Shown in pieces: positions 26,765 to 39,791 of a stretch of DNA of 64,000 nucleotides. A program made the position numbers and the translations under genes. The DNA comes from Octopus sinensis (taxonomy: Eukaryota), in the NCBI RefSeq assembly GCF_006345805.1, contig NC_043018.1:9672001-9736000 (forward strand). The letters are read 5' to 3'. Every line of letters begins with the position of its first letter. Position 1 is the first letter of the stretch. A model generated the notes under the pieces. The model saw only the letters and a list, made by a program, of their open reading frames with translations. It was not told the DNA's origin and did no database searches.

Positions 26765-27120
26765 TTATCACTATGGACTCCATGTGGGAAGTCATCTAAA
26801 AGTTTTTGTTTGTCATGATGCTGACATAGGTTCCTTGTCTTTCCTGATGAGAAGACAGCATAATGCACCCTTTATTCCTTCGGAATTAAGAATATGCAGT
26901 CTTCGAGACATATGTCGAGAATAAAGGAATTTTGTTAAATTGTCGTTCGACTACATTCTTTCATTTATCTATAGTAAAAAAACACACAAATTTCCACACG
27001 AAAGCACGTGATTTCTGCCCTTGGCATGTAGCTTCAACCGTGCTTTATGACGTAAATTTGCTACCCGGGTATCGGTTAACCGAATTATCCATACTAGGAT
27101 AATTCATTCAACTACTTATA
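26765..27120 (+). mobile_element. Roughly 350-bp non-autonomous element with subterminal hairpins, ending in (TA)n; antisense copy at about 38555-38905
   Basis: Palindromes tcggttaaccga (27072-27083) and gaattatcc...ggataattc (27082-27105); the two copies are reverse complements. Confidence 0.75.
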
Positions 27121-27605
27121 TATATGTATATATATATATGTCAGGTTTGTGTGTGTTTGAGTATAGATAAAATACAGATTTATTTTTAACTTCTGTGTTG
27201 TTGTCTGGCAACCGACCATAACAAACAGGTTATGCCTTCTAAAATGTCAATGTTTAAACTTTTCAAACTACAACTTGTAATGAAGCCGCATCGTTAAAAG
27301 AAATTAATTGTAAGTGGATCTTCAGCTTTATTTAATTGCTGTTGTTGTTATTATTGTTATTATTATTATTATTACTTCGTATTTACACAACAGATTAGAC
27401 TGTTGGGAAAAAAAAAATTCTAACATCAGGCTACAACGCGTAACCTTAGATACCAAGAACCTTCCAAGTTCCTAGTTGTCCCTAATGATACTAATTTTTT
27501 CCTGGAATGGCACCAGGTTTTCTGCTTATTTCTTAGATCCATCTGTTCAATTTTTTAGGAATAGTTCCTAACTCACACATAACTATTATTATTATTATTA
27601 TTATA

Positions 27606-27644
<39 letters not shown>

Positions 27645-27665
27645 GTTATTATTATTATTATTATT

Positions 27666-27863
27666 GAGTGAGAGAGAGCACAGTGCATGCTATCAAAGTG
27701 AGACTGGTGTAGAATATACAAAGCCCAGTATACCCATCATGACTACCCGTCTGATAAGGGTACACCAGACACATGCATCACAACCATATGTGCACAACAT
27801 AGTAGTCTCATATCAAGATAAACAGTGCACGACCTTGCAGGTGGGGGCCCACTTAGAATTTTA
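27666..27863 (-). mobile_element. 5'-truncated copy of a (TAA)n-embedded retroelement 3' end
   Basis: Reverse complement of about 54440-54628; (TTA)n on both sides. Confidence 0.8.
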
Positions 27864-28175
27864 TTAGTTTTATTATTATTATTATCATCATCATCATCAT
27901 CATCATCATCATTGTCATTATTATTATTAAGGTGGTGACCTGGCAGAATTGTTAGAATTCTGGGTGGAATGCTTAGTGGCATTTTGTCTATCGTTACGTT
28001 CTGAGTTCAAATTCTCCCAAGGTTGACTTTACCTTTCATCCTTTCGAGGTCGATAAATTAAGTACCAGTCAAGTACCAGGGTCAATGTGATCGATTGTCC
28101 CTCTCCCCACAAGAACCCCAGGCTTTGTGCCTATAGTAGAAATGATTGTCATTATCGTTATTATTGTCATTTCAG

Positions 28176-28238
28176 ATTTTAATTGTAAAAGGTGAAACTT
28201 GTATCCTGCTTGAAAATTCCGATCCAGCCAAATGGAAA
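28176..28238 (+). CDS. Plakin-family SH3 exon (ILIVKGETCILLENSDPAKWK), phase 0-0
   Basis: atttcag| acceptor, AAA|gtaagt donor, 63 nt. KGE.C.L..NS....WK is the plakin SH3 core. Confidence 0.92.
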
Positions 28239-29297
28239 GTAAGTATTTGGAGACATAGCCAACACCACTTGACAGTGCTGTTTTTTATTATGTTTTTTAT
28301 GTGACTGAGTCTGAAAAGGGAGTAACACCACACCCACGACGAGTGGCTCGGAAGAAACTAGGTTTCTGGTGTTACTACAGCTGGGGGCTGCTTATGAAAA
28401 TATTGGGTTTGACAATCTCTGGCCAGAGGAAAACCTGTTGAAAACTCGTAAAAAATGCATCAAGGACTGGATGAGGGTGATAAACTCTGTTAAATGCTCA
28501 AAGGGTCAGATGGGGATTTTAAACTCTGTTAAATGCTCAAAAGGCGAGATGGAGGTGTTAAACTCTACTAAATGTATCATTGACAAGATAGAGGCGTTAA
28601 ACCAAAAAAAATGGATTAAATGGTTCTCCATGTGTGATACCTACAGGTATTGGAGATCATAGACCTCCATGCTGAATTTTGAAAATTCAGGAATTTCTTT
28701 GGGAAAGATACAGCAGGAGTTTCTTGGTGCCTTTTGTCAGTTTGCTTACGGCTTACTTTACTAGTCTCATTCTCTCTTCAGTTTTCCTTTGAGGCACAGG
28801 GCTTATTTAAACATGTGGTAGAGGATGAGTTCATATGACATCAGGGCCTGCACAATACTTTGGTGGGTCTGCATGCCACACATTTAGGGACCAGTGGTTT
28901 CCTGATACCTTCTTCTAGAAGCCTGACAGAATAAACTTTGAATAAACCCAATTTCTGCCAGTTTATTTGAAGCTTACTCTGCTAGTCTCCAGTTCCCCTG
29001 AGATTACCTATGATGCACAGGGGTCTGTTTAACCCTTAAACAGGGAGGCTTGTTCACATGACATCAGGACATGTCCACACATCAGTGGGTTTGTGTAACA
29101 TGTATCTAGGGACTAGATACATGCCTTAGCCACAGAGCTATCCTCTGCTTTGGGACCCATAACAATGGCCCCTAACAGGTACCACCATCCTGGGGTCAGA
29201 GTAGACCAGGGTGTAATTGTAATTAAGGTGATGATGGTGAGGGGGACTGAAACTTCTGAACTTCCAAGCTGGAGCCTCAGCATCAGATCCGGTAATT

Positions 29298-30210
29298 TAA
29301 ACCTTTAGCATGTAAACTGGCCCTATCCCACTCAAATATTCTTTCTGTTCTATGATAAAACTGACCTGATCCAGCCTTTCACACCTATCCTACAATGTTA
29401 TTCTAAAAATAACATTCACATCATCAAAATCTCGAAGCTATGAGATAATGCAGTATTTATTCCAAACAATGTGAAAAAATAAGCATTTAACAGAATAGTG
29501 TGAATGCTAAAGGGTTAAGCCAGCGATATCTGGGGCCAGATATTCTGTTTCATGTTCAAATTGGCCAGATCTATCTTTCCACAGTTACCCTATAATGGTG
29601 TTCAATGTGAATAAATAAGCTTTTACATTTGATGAAGAAATCTGAATGTTAAAGGTTGAAATACTCTCCTGGTTCAAATTAGCCTGATCTGGACTCTCAC
29701 ACTTATCCCAAAATGTCATTCTAAAAATTAACAATTACATATTATTGAAATTTCAAAGCTATGAAACAGTGCATGATTAATTCAAAACAATATGAACAAG
29801 AGCATTCAGAGAGCGCAAACCTTTGCCAAGGCAACACCAATGTCCTCTCAATGATTAGCCAGAGATGATTTTTAAAATGAGAATATCCGAAATAAACTCG
29901 ACTGCTCTCACAAACGAGAATACTAAAAATGAACCTGACTACTCCCAAAAATTAAATTTTAAAAAATGGGAAAATCATCCAGAATTCTTGTCCAGTACTG
30001 GATCGATTCCAGAATCTAATCAGTTTGTGCCAATCACGAGGCCAAACATCCCTGAAAGTTTCATCCAAATCCATCCAGTGCTTCTTGAGATATCTTGTGT
30101 CCACGGACAAACAAACAAACACGACTGAAAACATCTCTGCCTTCACTAAGGTGGAGGTAATAAACAAGTATGACATATGCCAGTAATCTGAATGCTAAAG
30201 GATTAAAGTC
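29298..30210. mobile_element. Cluster of roughly 230-bp piggyBac-like (TTAA|CCCT) MITEs, the last interrupted by a Helentron/HINE-like element at about 29810-30165
   Basis: ttaaacctttagca ... tgctaaagggttaa ends, repeated core gtcattctaaaa..aacaatcacatcattgaaatctcaaagcta (also at 23010-23920 and 31430-31820). The insert ends with hairpin ctctgcctt-cact-aaggtggag. Confidence 0.7.
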
Positions 30211-30224
30211 GTTCAAGCAATATG

Positions 30225-30750
30225 ATCATCATCATCGTTTAACGTCCGCTTTCCATGCTAGCATGGGTTGGACGATTTTGACTGAGGGCTGGTGAACCAG
30301 ATGGCTGCACCAAGCTCCAATCTTGATCTGGCAGGGTTTCTACAGTTGGATGCCCTTCCTAACACCAACCACTCCGAGAGTGTCGTGGGTGCTTTTTACA
30401 TGCCACCAGCACGGGGGCCAGTCAGGCGGTACTGGCAACGACTTCGCTGGAATCTTTTTTACACATGCCAATGGCACAGGTGCCAGTAAGGTGACGTTGG
30501 TAACTTGGTAATGATCACGCTCGAATGGTGCCCTTTTACATTCCACGGCATGGGAGCCGGTCAGGCGGTACTGGCAATGACCTCGCTCGAATCTTTTTGC
30601 ACATGCCACTGGCACAGGTGCCAGTAAGGCGACATTGGTAACTTGGTAACGATCACGCTTGAATGGTGCCCTTTTACATGCCACCGGCATGGAAGCCAGT
30701 TGGCTGCTCTGGCAACGATCACGCTCGGATGGTGCTGTTGGCACCCTACT
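30225..30750 (-). mobile_element. Family B (RTE-tail) element with expanded internal minisatellite
   Basis: catcatcatcgtttaacgtccg end; repeated units gtcaggcggtactggcaa...ggtgccagtaagg...gatcacgctcgaatggtgcc. Confidence 0.8.
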
Positions 30751-30919
30751 AGCCCAAATATTCTCCTGGTATTATCCTCCTTGCTCTGTAAGCTAAAGGG
30801 TTAATTTTAGAGATTTTTCCCCTCGTTAGTTCAAACGTCTGACATATAACTCTTTTATGAAACAAATCAAATGATGTCTTTATTGAGGAATAATTATAAA
30901 AAATGTCTTTTATTCTCAG

Positions 30920-31011
30920 ATAAGAAATTGTCGTGGCAAAGAAGGTGAAGTTCCTGCAATTCTTTTAGTCATTCCACCTCCTCATTCTGAAGCCTGCAAT
31001 GAAGCCTCAAG
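30920..31011 (+). CDS. Plakin-family SH3 C-terminal exon (IRNCRGKEGEVPAILLVIPPPHSEACNEAS), phase 0-2
   Basis: tattctcag| acceptor, AAG|gtaaga donor, 92 nt. G.E..VP....IPPP..EA motif. Confidence 0.93.
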
Positions 31012-32019
31012 GTAAGAATTTCACTTCATCTTTCCTGTCTTTTACTTGTTCCGGTCATTGGGCTGCATATGGCCATGCTGGAGCACTACTGTGAAGGGTT
31101 TACTCAAACAAATCGACTCTGGTGCTTATTTTTTTTTTTGTCTAGTACTTATTTTATCAGTTTCTTTTGCTAAACTGCTAGGTCACAGGGACATAAACAA
31201 AACAACACCAATTGTCAAGCAGTAGAGGGACAGACAGACAGACACACACACACATGCACGTGCACTCACACCACAGACCACCACACATTTCTGTCTACCA
31301 GATTCACTCATATAGCATTGGTCAGCCCAAGTCTATAAAGAAGATACTCACTCAAGATGCTGCGTAGTGAGACTGAACTCAAAGCTACGTAGTTTGGAAG
31401 CAAGTTTCTGAAACATGCAGACATAGATCTCAAAGCGACAGAGTGATCTGAATGCTGAAGGCCAAATATTCTATCTATTTCACATTCAAATCAGCCACAT
31501 TCAGCCTCTCACGCCTACCTTACAATGTCATTCTAAAATTAAACAATCACATCATTGAAATCTCAAAGCTACAAGATAATGCATAATTAATTCAAAACAA
31601 CATGGATAGATAAGCATTATATTTGACACACTAATCTGACATGTTTTATGTTCAAATTGTCAAGATCTGGCCTTTCACACGTACTTACAATGTCATTCTA
31701 TAATTAAACAATCGCATCATTGAAATCTCAAAGCTAAGAGATAAATACATCATTAATTCAATATAGTCTGAATAACTAAGCGTTACATTTGAGGCAGTAA
31801 TCTGAATGCTAAAATGTTAAACCAGTCAGATCTGGTTCAGATATTCTGTTTTGTGCCTGTTAAAATGTCTTAATTCGTTCAGATTCCTAAAATCATGTTT
31901 TCCATTTAGAGAAATCTTCAATATTTTGTTTTTGCAATAATCCACATTCTACAGTAATTTCTCCCTCTTAATTATTCTGCAATTTTCTTACAAACATATC
32001 TCTTTTTTTTGTTTAAAAG

Positions 32020-32125
32020 GCTTCGTCAACAAATGGTTGTTCTATGGAGAGCTGCTCAGCCTTTACTCAGACAACACATAATGACATTCCTCAGTAAAAT
32101 TGCGAAAGACACTCAAACCAAGCAG
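32020..32125 (+). CDS. Plakin-family exon (RLRQQMVVLWRAAQPLLRQHIMTFLSKIAKDTQTKQ), phase 2-0
   Basis: T tract + aaag| acceptor, CAG|gtaaat donor, 106 nt. Phase complements the previous exon; RL..Q....LW helix follows the SH3 in plakins. Confidence 0.9.
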
Positions 32126-32269
32126 GTAAATTCTTCATTTTATTTCAAACTAGCAGTATAACCCAGCTTTACCAGGGATTAAGTTAGGATTATTAAGCTA
32201 ATCAAGTTCTTTATTTCAAACCAAATTAAGTAACATCGATGTCAAATTTGGGTGAAATCTGTTGAAATC

Positions 32270-32318
<49 letters not shown>

Positions 32319-32984
32319 GCAACACACACACATACGGACATACACCTATTGCATGCATACATGTTTATTGTATGCATACGTTTGTGTGTGTGTGTGTGTG
32401 TTGCTGGTATATCAACAAAACACTTTTTTCCTAAATGGAAAAAACAACAGAAGTCTTAACAAAAACTTACTCGTCGCTAGAAAGGGACTTAACTCCAGTT
32501 TGCAAACTGGTGACATCTCCGACTTGGAAATTGTTAAAAGTTTTGGTTGAAAATTTATTTTTACTGCTATTCGCTGGTGCCTCTGGGAAAAATAAGTCGC
32601 TGAAAATATGGGTAGGATCATGACGAATGTCCTCCTAAAATTGGAGCGACATGCTTGCTAATTTGTGGACATGTATAAATTACATTCACGTGTAGTTGTG
32701 ATACCTGTGCCAGTGGCACGTAAAAGGCACCATCCGAATGTGGCCGATGCCAGCACTACCTGCCGTGCTGGTGGCATGTAAAAAGCACCAAATTATTGTG
32801 GCTGTTGCAAGCCTCCCTTGGCACATAAAAAGGAGTGTGGTTGGCGTTAGGAAGGGCATCCAGCTGTAGAAACACTGCCAGATCAGACTGGTGCCTGGTG
32901 CAGCCTCCTGGCTTCCCAGACCCCGGTCGAACCATCCAACCCATGCTAGTATGGAAAACGGACGTTAAATGATGATGATAATGA

Positions 32985-33030
<46 letters not shown>

Positions 33031-34079
33031 CTTTTATCCTGTACTTGCTTCAGTCATTAGACTGTGGCCATGCTTAATTATTTTTTAAAGCTTGGCACTT
33101 ACTCAGTTTCTCTTACCAAACTGCTAAGTTACAGGGATGTAAACCTGCCAACACCGGTTGTCAAGCAGTGGTGGGGACAATTACACACACACACATGCAT
33201 ATGTATATGTGCGACAGGCTTCTTTCAGTTTTCGTTTACCACCAGATCCACTCCCAAGATTTTGGTTGGCCTGAGGCTGTAGTAGAAGATACTTGCCCAA
33301 GGTGTCATGTAGTGGGACTGAACCTGGAACCATGAGGCTACGAAGCAAACTGCTTACTTTACAGCCATGCCTGTGTGTGTGCGCGTGTGTGTATATATAT
33401 AAGGTGGTGTGCTGGCAAGAACGTTGGCATGCCAGACGAAATACTTTGCGGTATTTCGTCTGCCGTTACGTTCTGAGTTCAAATTCCGCTGAGGTTGACT
33501 TTGCCTTTCATCCTTTAGGGGTTGATAAATTAAGTACCGGTTGCGTACTGGAGTCAATCTAATCAATCTAAGCCCCCTCCCCAAAATTTTCGGGTCTTGT
33601 ACCTAGAAATGTGTGTGTGTGTATGTATATACATATATGTGTGTGTTCGGGACCCCCTCCGGTCACGACACTGACCATGAGATTGCACCTAGAAAGTTAC
33701 CCTCCTAGTCACAAGTCTGGGCAAGGTGGTTTATGGAAGACCAGCAGTCGCCCATGCATACCGGCCTCCCCCTCTCCACGCCACCAGTGTTATCCAAGGG
33801 AAAGGCAAGGGGGCCAATACAGCTTGGCACCCGTGACGTCGCAACTCATTTCTACAGCTGAGTGAACTGGAGCAACGTGAAATAAAGTGTCTTGCTCAGG
33901 AACACAACACACAGCCCGGTACGGGATTCGAGCTGACAACCTCACGATCGTAAGCTCAACGCTCTAACCACTGAGCCATGCGCCTTCACATGTGTGTGTA
34001 TCTATATATATTTATTACCTTTGTATGGTATTTATTCCCATACTAGATGAGATCGATATTATCCTTATTTATAAATATA

Positions 34080-34134
<55 letters not shown>

Positions 34135-34686
34135 ATTATATCATTTATAATAGATAAATGCTCGTATTTGTGTTTGTGGCCTTCATAGTCTTCCGGAAGA
34201 CAAAGTTAGGTTATCTCCCTTTTACCTGCTGTTAGCGTCTCTCATCTCTTGTCGACTGCAATTAGTGACACCTGTTGCAAGGGAGAGAAGCAGGGTTTTT
34301 CACCTGGACCAGGTGCAATAGTATTGATACAGTCCCGTTTGTATTATTGACCCTGCTTAGTACAACTTAGATATTATAAATAGGACAGCAATTCTCGTTA
34401 GATTAGTAACTGTTGTCACACACCTACTCACACACATTCTCTTTCTTTGTCTACTTCCACACAGACGCACATCGTGCATACACTGTCTCTTTTCTTGTAA
34501 TTTTTCGTTTACTGGTTTTAGTCATTAGACTGTGGCCATGCTGTAGCACCACGTTGAAGAATTTTTAGCCAAACAAACCGAGCCCACTACTTAATTTTTT
34601 ATTTTAAAGCCCAGTTCTTTTTGCCAAACCGCTTAGTTACAGGGACGTAAATACACCAACGCTGGTTGTTAATTGGTGGTGGGGAA

Positions 34687-34718
<32 letters not shown>

Positions 34719-35351
34719 TTCTTTTATTTGTTTCAGTCTTTTGACTGCGGCCATACTGGAGCACCATCTTTAATCAGACAAATTAACCCCACGACTTATT
34801 CTTTGTAAGCCTAGTACTTATTCTATCGGTCACTTTTGCCGAACTGCTAGCTTATGGGGACGTAAACACACCAACAGCGGTTGTCAAGCGACGGTGGGGA
34901 GACAAACACACACATATATCATCATCATCATGTAACGCCCCTTTTCCATGCTAGCATGATGATGATGATATATGTGTGTGTTGCCTGGTGCAGCCTCCTG
35001 GCTTCCCAGACCCCAGCTTCTTGTAGTTTCTGTCTACCAAATCCACTTACAGTGCTTTGGTTGGCCCAAGGCTATAGTATAAAACACTTGCCCAAGGTGC
35101 CACGCAGTGGGACTGAACTTGGAACCATTACAAAAGGTTTCTTACAGTTTCCATGTATGAAATCCACTCACAAGGCCTTCATTAGCCTGAGCTTATAGTA
35201 GAAGACATTTACTGAAGGTTCCATGCAGTGGGATTGAACCCAGAACCTTGTGTTTGCAAAGCAAGCTTCTTGCAGCTTAAGATGTGATTATAAAGGTCAA
35301 CATTGTGTCCTCACAGCTAGTGGACCGTAGTTATTATGACATACACAAAAG

Positions 35352-35571
35352 CGGCAAGTTGGCTAAATCGTTAGCATGCCAGGCAAAATGCTAAGTGCCA
35401 TTTCATTTTTCTTTAAGTTCTGAGTTCAAACTCCACTGGGGTCGACTTTGCCTTTCATCCTTTTGGGGTTGATAAAGAAAAGTACCAGTTGATTACTGGG
35501 GCTGATGTAATCAATTAGTCCCCTTCCCCAAAATTTCAGCCTTGTGCCTTTCGTAGAAAGGATTATTATTA

Positions 35572-35618
<47 letters not shown>

Positions 35619-36062
35619 TAAGGCAGCAAACTGGTAGAATATTTAGCACAGTAGGCAAAGTGTTTAACAGTATTTTGTCCGTCTTCATGTTCTGCGTACC
35701 AATACTGCTGAGGTCAGCTTTGCCTTTCATCCTTTTGGGGTCAATAAATTAAGTACCAGTGAAATACTGGGGTTGATGTAATTGACTAGTTCCTTCCCCA
35801 CAAATTTCAGGCCACGTACTTTTATTAGAAAGGATTATTATTATTATTATTGTTATGGTAGTGAGCTGGCAGAATCGTTAGCATACTGTGCAAAATGCTT
35901 CGTGGAATTTCATGTCTTTGTGTTCTGAGTTCAAATTCCACTGAGGTTGACTTTGCCTTTCATCCTTGATGAGATAAATACCATTGAAACACAGGGGTCA
36001 ATGTAATCGACTTATTCCTTCCCACAGAATTTCAGCCCTTGTGTCTATAGTAGAAAGCATTA
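35352..36062 (+). mobile_element. Head-to-tail array of three SINE family C copies separated by (TTA)n
   Basis: Copies at about 35352, 35620 and 35860, each ending ...tagaaaggattattatt or similar. Confidence 0.85.
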
Positions 36063-36257
36063 CAACACACACATTCCTACTTATTCACGCACTCACACAT
36101 ACACATGCACACACTCATTAAAACTCTCACAGACACACATTTTAAGAGGCTTTAAATATATTCAGGAAATCTTCAAAAAATTTCTCTCTAATTAACAAAT
36201 AAAATTTATCCTCATGTTTTCTTTCTGCTATAAACCCCTCTCCTCCCCATCTCCCAA

Positions 36258-36485
36258 GTTGTAGTAGTAGTAGTAGTAGTAGTGGTTGTAGTGGTTGTAG
36301 TAGTAGTTGTAGTAGTAGTGGTAGTTGTTGTTGTAGTAGTAGTAGTTGTAGTAGTAGTGGTAGTTGTTGTAGTAGTAGTAGTAGTAGTGGTAGTGGTAGT
36401 TGTTGTAGTAGTAGTAGTAGTTGTGGTAGTTGTAGTTGTTGTAGTAGTTGTAGTAGTAGTAGTAGTAGTAGTGGTAGTTGTTGTT

Positions 36486-36521
<36 letters not shown>

Positions 36522-36522
36522 T
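36258..36522. repeat. (GTA/GTT/GTG)n triplet array
   Basis: Direct inspection. Confidence 0.9.
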
Positions 36523-36673
36523 TTCAGGGGAACAAACTCTGAAACTGACGTCTGTTTGTAAAAGAACACACCCATGTGTGTGAGTGTGTGTGTGTATATA
36601 GGATGTGGTGAATAAACTGTCATCTAAATTATGCAGAAATGAAAATAACACTGATATCTCATTTTAACAGATA

Positions 36674-38300
36674 CAGTGGGGGGAAATAAATATTCGTACA
36701 TGTCAAAATTCTTTATTTAATTTCTAATGAACATAAATGGGATATATCAATACTATATTTGCATACAGATGCATAAACTAAGAATATGCAAAAGAAACTA
36801 ATAAGTTATAGTAACTAAGGAATTTATATACAATCATAAATATTTAGGGGTGAAAAAAGTATTCGTACAGAATAAATTTTTGATTTTCTATGCCACAAAA
36901 TACTGTGAAAATATTTTTTTTTTTTACTAGAACTTTCTCGTTTGTTCCAATAATCTTATCAGTTGTCATTTTTAAGTGTCAAAACGCTAGCTTCTTCATT
37001 CAGTACTGAGACAACATAAAGTAGTCTTGTAATAATGGCGAAAAGTAAAAAACTCACAAATTCACTGAAAAACTTAATTATTAAACAGTGGAAAGCAGAT
37101 AAAAAGTTACAGGAAAATATCAGAGACCCTTTGTATTCCATTTTCTACCATATCTTCATTTATTCAAAGATATAAAAAATCGGGAACTTTTGAAAACAGA
37201 ATAAGATCTGGTGCTCCATGCAAGATTTCCCCTAGATCTTTAAGAAAAATGAAGTGAAGAATCGAAAAAAAATGCAATGATCACCAGAAAGGAGTTGCAA
37301 GAAGATTTGTTAGCTTCAGGGACTAGTGTTACACTACGAACAATTAGCAATGAACTTCATAGGAATGAACTGAAATCACGCTCTCCTAGAAAAACTCCGC
37401 TATTGACTAAAAGGCATAGAGATGCCCATTTAAAATTTGTTTATGAACATAAATATAAACCTGATACATTCTGGGAAATTGTTCTATGGATAGACGAGTC
37501 GAAAATTGAATTGTTTGGACGAAATTTGCGTAGCCATGTTCGGAGGAAAGATGGTACCACCTTTTCGCCGAAAAACACAATTCCTACCATAAAGTTTGGA
37601 GGTGGCAACATCATGGTGTGGGGGTGTTTCTCTGCAAATGGTACTGGCAATTTACATGTGATAGATGGTAGAATGAATGCAGAGATGTACCAAAACATTT
37701 TGAAAAATAATTTATGGGACTCTGTAGAAAATCTCCAGCTTTGTGAAGGGTAGGTTTTACAACAGGATAATGACCCTAAGCACATGGTGAAGTCTACCAA
37801 AAAAATGGACTGTCGATCACAATATAAAATTATTAGAATGGCCACGCCAGTCACCTGACTTGAACTCTATTGAAAATTTGTGGCGTTATTTGAAAATTAA
37901 AATTAATTCAAGAGCCCCAACGTGCATTCCAGATTTGAAGAAAATTTGTCAAGAACAATGGAAAAAAATTCCTAAGGAAACATGCGAGTCATTGATTAAG
38001 AACTACAAGAAGAGATTGGTTGAAGAATGGTTATGCTATGAACTGAATAATGGAATAATGGTTATACTACGAAGTATTAAATCAGAATTATCAGTTATTT
38101 ATGTTCTGTATGAATACTTTTTTCACCCCTAAATATTTACAATTGAATATAAATTCCTTAGTTACTGTAATTTATTAGTTTCTTTTGCATATTCTTAGTT
38201 TATGCATGTGTGTGCAAATATAGTATTGGTATATCCCATTTATGTTCATTAGAAATTAGATAAAAAAAGAATTTTGACATGCACGAATATTTATTTCCCA
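36674..38300 (+). mobile_element. Tc1-family (DD34E) transposon, near full length, about 200-bp IR/DR-type TIRs, disrupted transposase at about 37035-38080
   Basis: TA|cagtggg start. Left TIR 36674-36872 mirrors 38103-38300, with outer and inner DRs ending tattcgtaca. Motifs [33 protein letters not shown] and WPRQSPDLNSIENLW. Confidence 0.95.
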
Positions 38301-38309
38301 TATATATAT

Positions 38310-38400
<91 letters not shown>

Positions 38401-39197
38401 GTATATATGTATATATATATATATTTATGTATATATGTATATATATATGTATATATATATATATATATCTATGTGTATATATATGTATATATCTATGTGT
38501 ATATATGTATATATTATATATATATATATGTATATATATATGTATATATGTATATAAGTAGTTGAATGAATTATCTTAGTATGGATAATTCGGTTAACCG
38601 ATACCTGGGTAGCAAATTCACGTCAGAAAAACACGGTTGAAGCTACATGCCAAGGGCAGAGATCACGTGCTTTCGTGTGGAAATTTGTGTGTTTTTTTAA
38701 ATACAAATAAATGAAAGAATGGAGTTGGACGACGATTTAACAAAATTTCTTTATTCTCGACATATGTTTCGAAGGCTGCATATTCCTAATTTCGAAGGAC
38801 TAAGGGGTGCATTATGCCGCCTTCTCATCAGGAAAAACAAGGAACTTATGTCAGCATCAAGATGAACAAAAACTTTTAGATGACTGCCCACATGGAGCCC
38901 ATAACGATATAGTATTGGTATATCCCATTTATGTTCATTAGAAATTATATAATAAAGAATTTTGACATGCACGAATATTTATTCCTTCGAAATTAGGAAT
39001 ATGCAGCCTTCAAAACAGTTGAGAATAAAGGAATTTTGTTAAATCGTCGTCTAACTCCATTCTTTCATTATTTATATATGTATATATATGTATATTATAT
39101 ATGTATGTATATATATATATGTATGTATATATATATGTATGTATATATATATGTTATATATATATGTATATATATATATATAATGTATATATATATG

Positions 39198-39247
<50 letters not shown>

Positions 39248-39305
39248 GCTTGCATTTTATTTGTCTCAATATATATATTTTGTATGCATTTTGTTTGTCT
39301 TTCAG

Positions 39306-39465
39306 CTCCAAACCTTTAGTGCCTCCCAAAAAGCTAATACAATGAAACTACTAAACGAAGCCATCCAAATTTTTCATGGTTCTTCCTTTGACCAAGATTA
39401 CAAGAACTTCCAGAAACACATCGCTGGTATCAGAAGAGTTCTCACTCAGACACGCACAAACAAAG
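39306..39465 (+). CDS. Plakin-family exon ([53 protein letters not shown]), phase 0-1
   Basis: tttgtctttcag| acceptor, AAG|gtcagt donor, 160 nt open. Amphipathic helical sequence in the position of the post-SH3 spectrin repeat. Confidence 0.85.
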
Positions 39466-39654
39466 GTCAGTCTTTCTCTCTCTCTATCTGTCCATCCATC
39501 CATCTGTCTGTCTACATGTCCGTCTGACCATCTGTCCATCTGTCTGTCTATCAGTCTGCCTGTTTGTTCATCTGTCCAGTTTATCTGTGCGTCTGTCGGT
39601 CTGTCCATTTTTCTGTCCGTTTGTCTCTTTCTCTGAATGTTACAATCTTTTCAG

Positions 39655-39791
39655 CTATTCCAGTATATTCCGTCATAAATGCCAAAACACACCAAAAACT
39701 GGATAGTCTGAACATGGATGCTTCACCTGCTAAACCTTATTGGAGCATCAAACGAAATACCTTTACTCTTTTACTTGTTTCAGTCATTTGA
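39655..39791 (+). CDS. Putative terminal exon of the plakin-family gene (AIPVYSVINAKTHQKLDSLNMDASPAKPYWSIKRNTFTLLLVSVI*); last 9 codons and stop come from an antisense SINE
   Basis: Pyrimidine-rich acceptor ending tcttttcag|, phase-1 compatible, open to TGA at 39789-39791, no strong donor inside. The SINE tail starts at about 39761. Confidence 0.55.

Noticed and set aside
36142-36651. Poly-Q/L, poly-Y/N and poly-V ORFs
   Set aside because: (GTA/GTT)n microsatellite.
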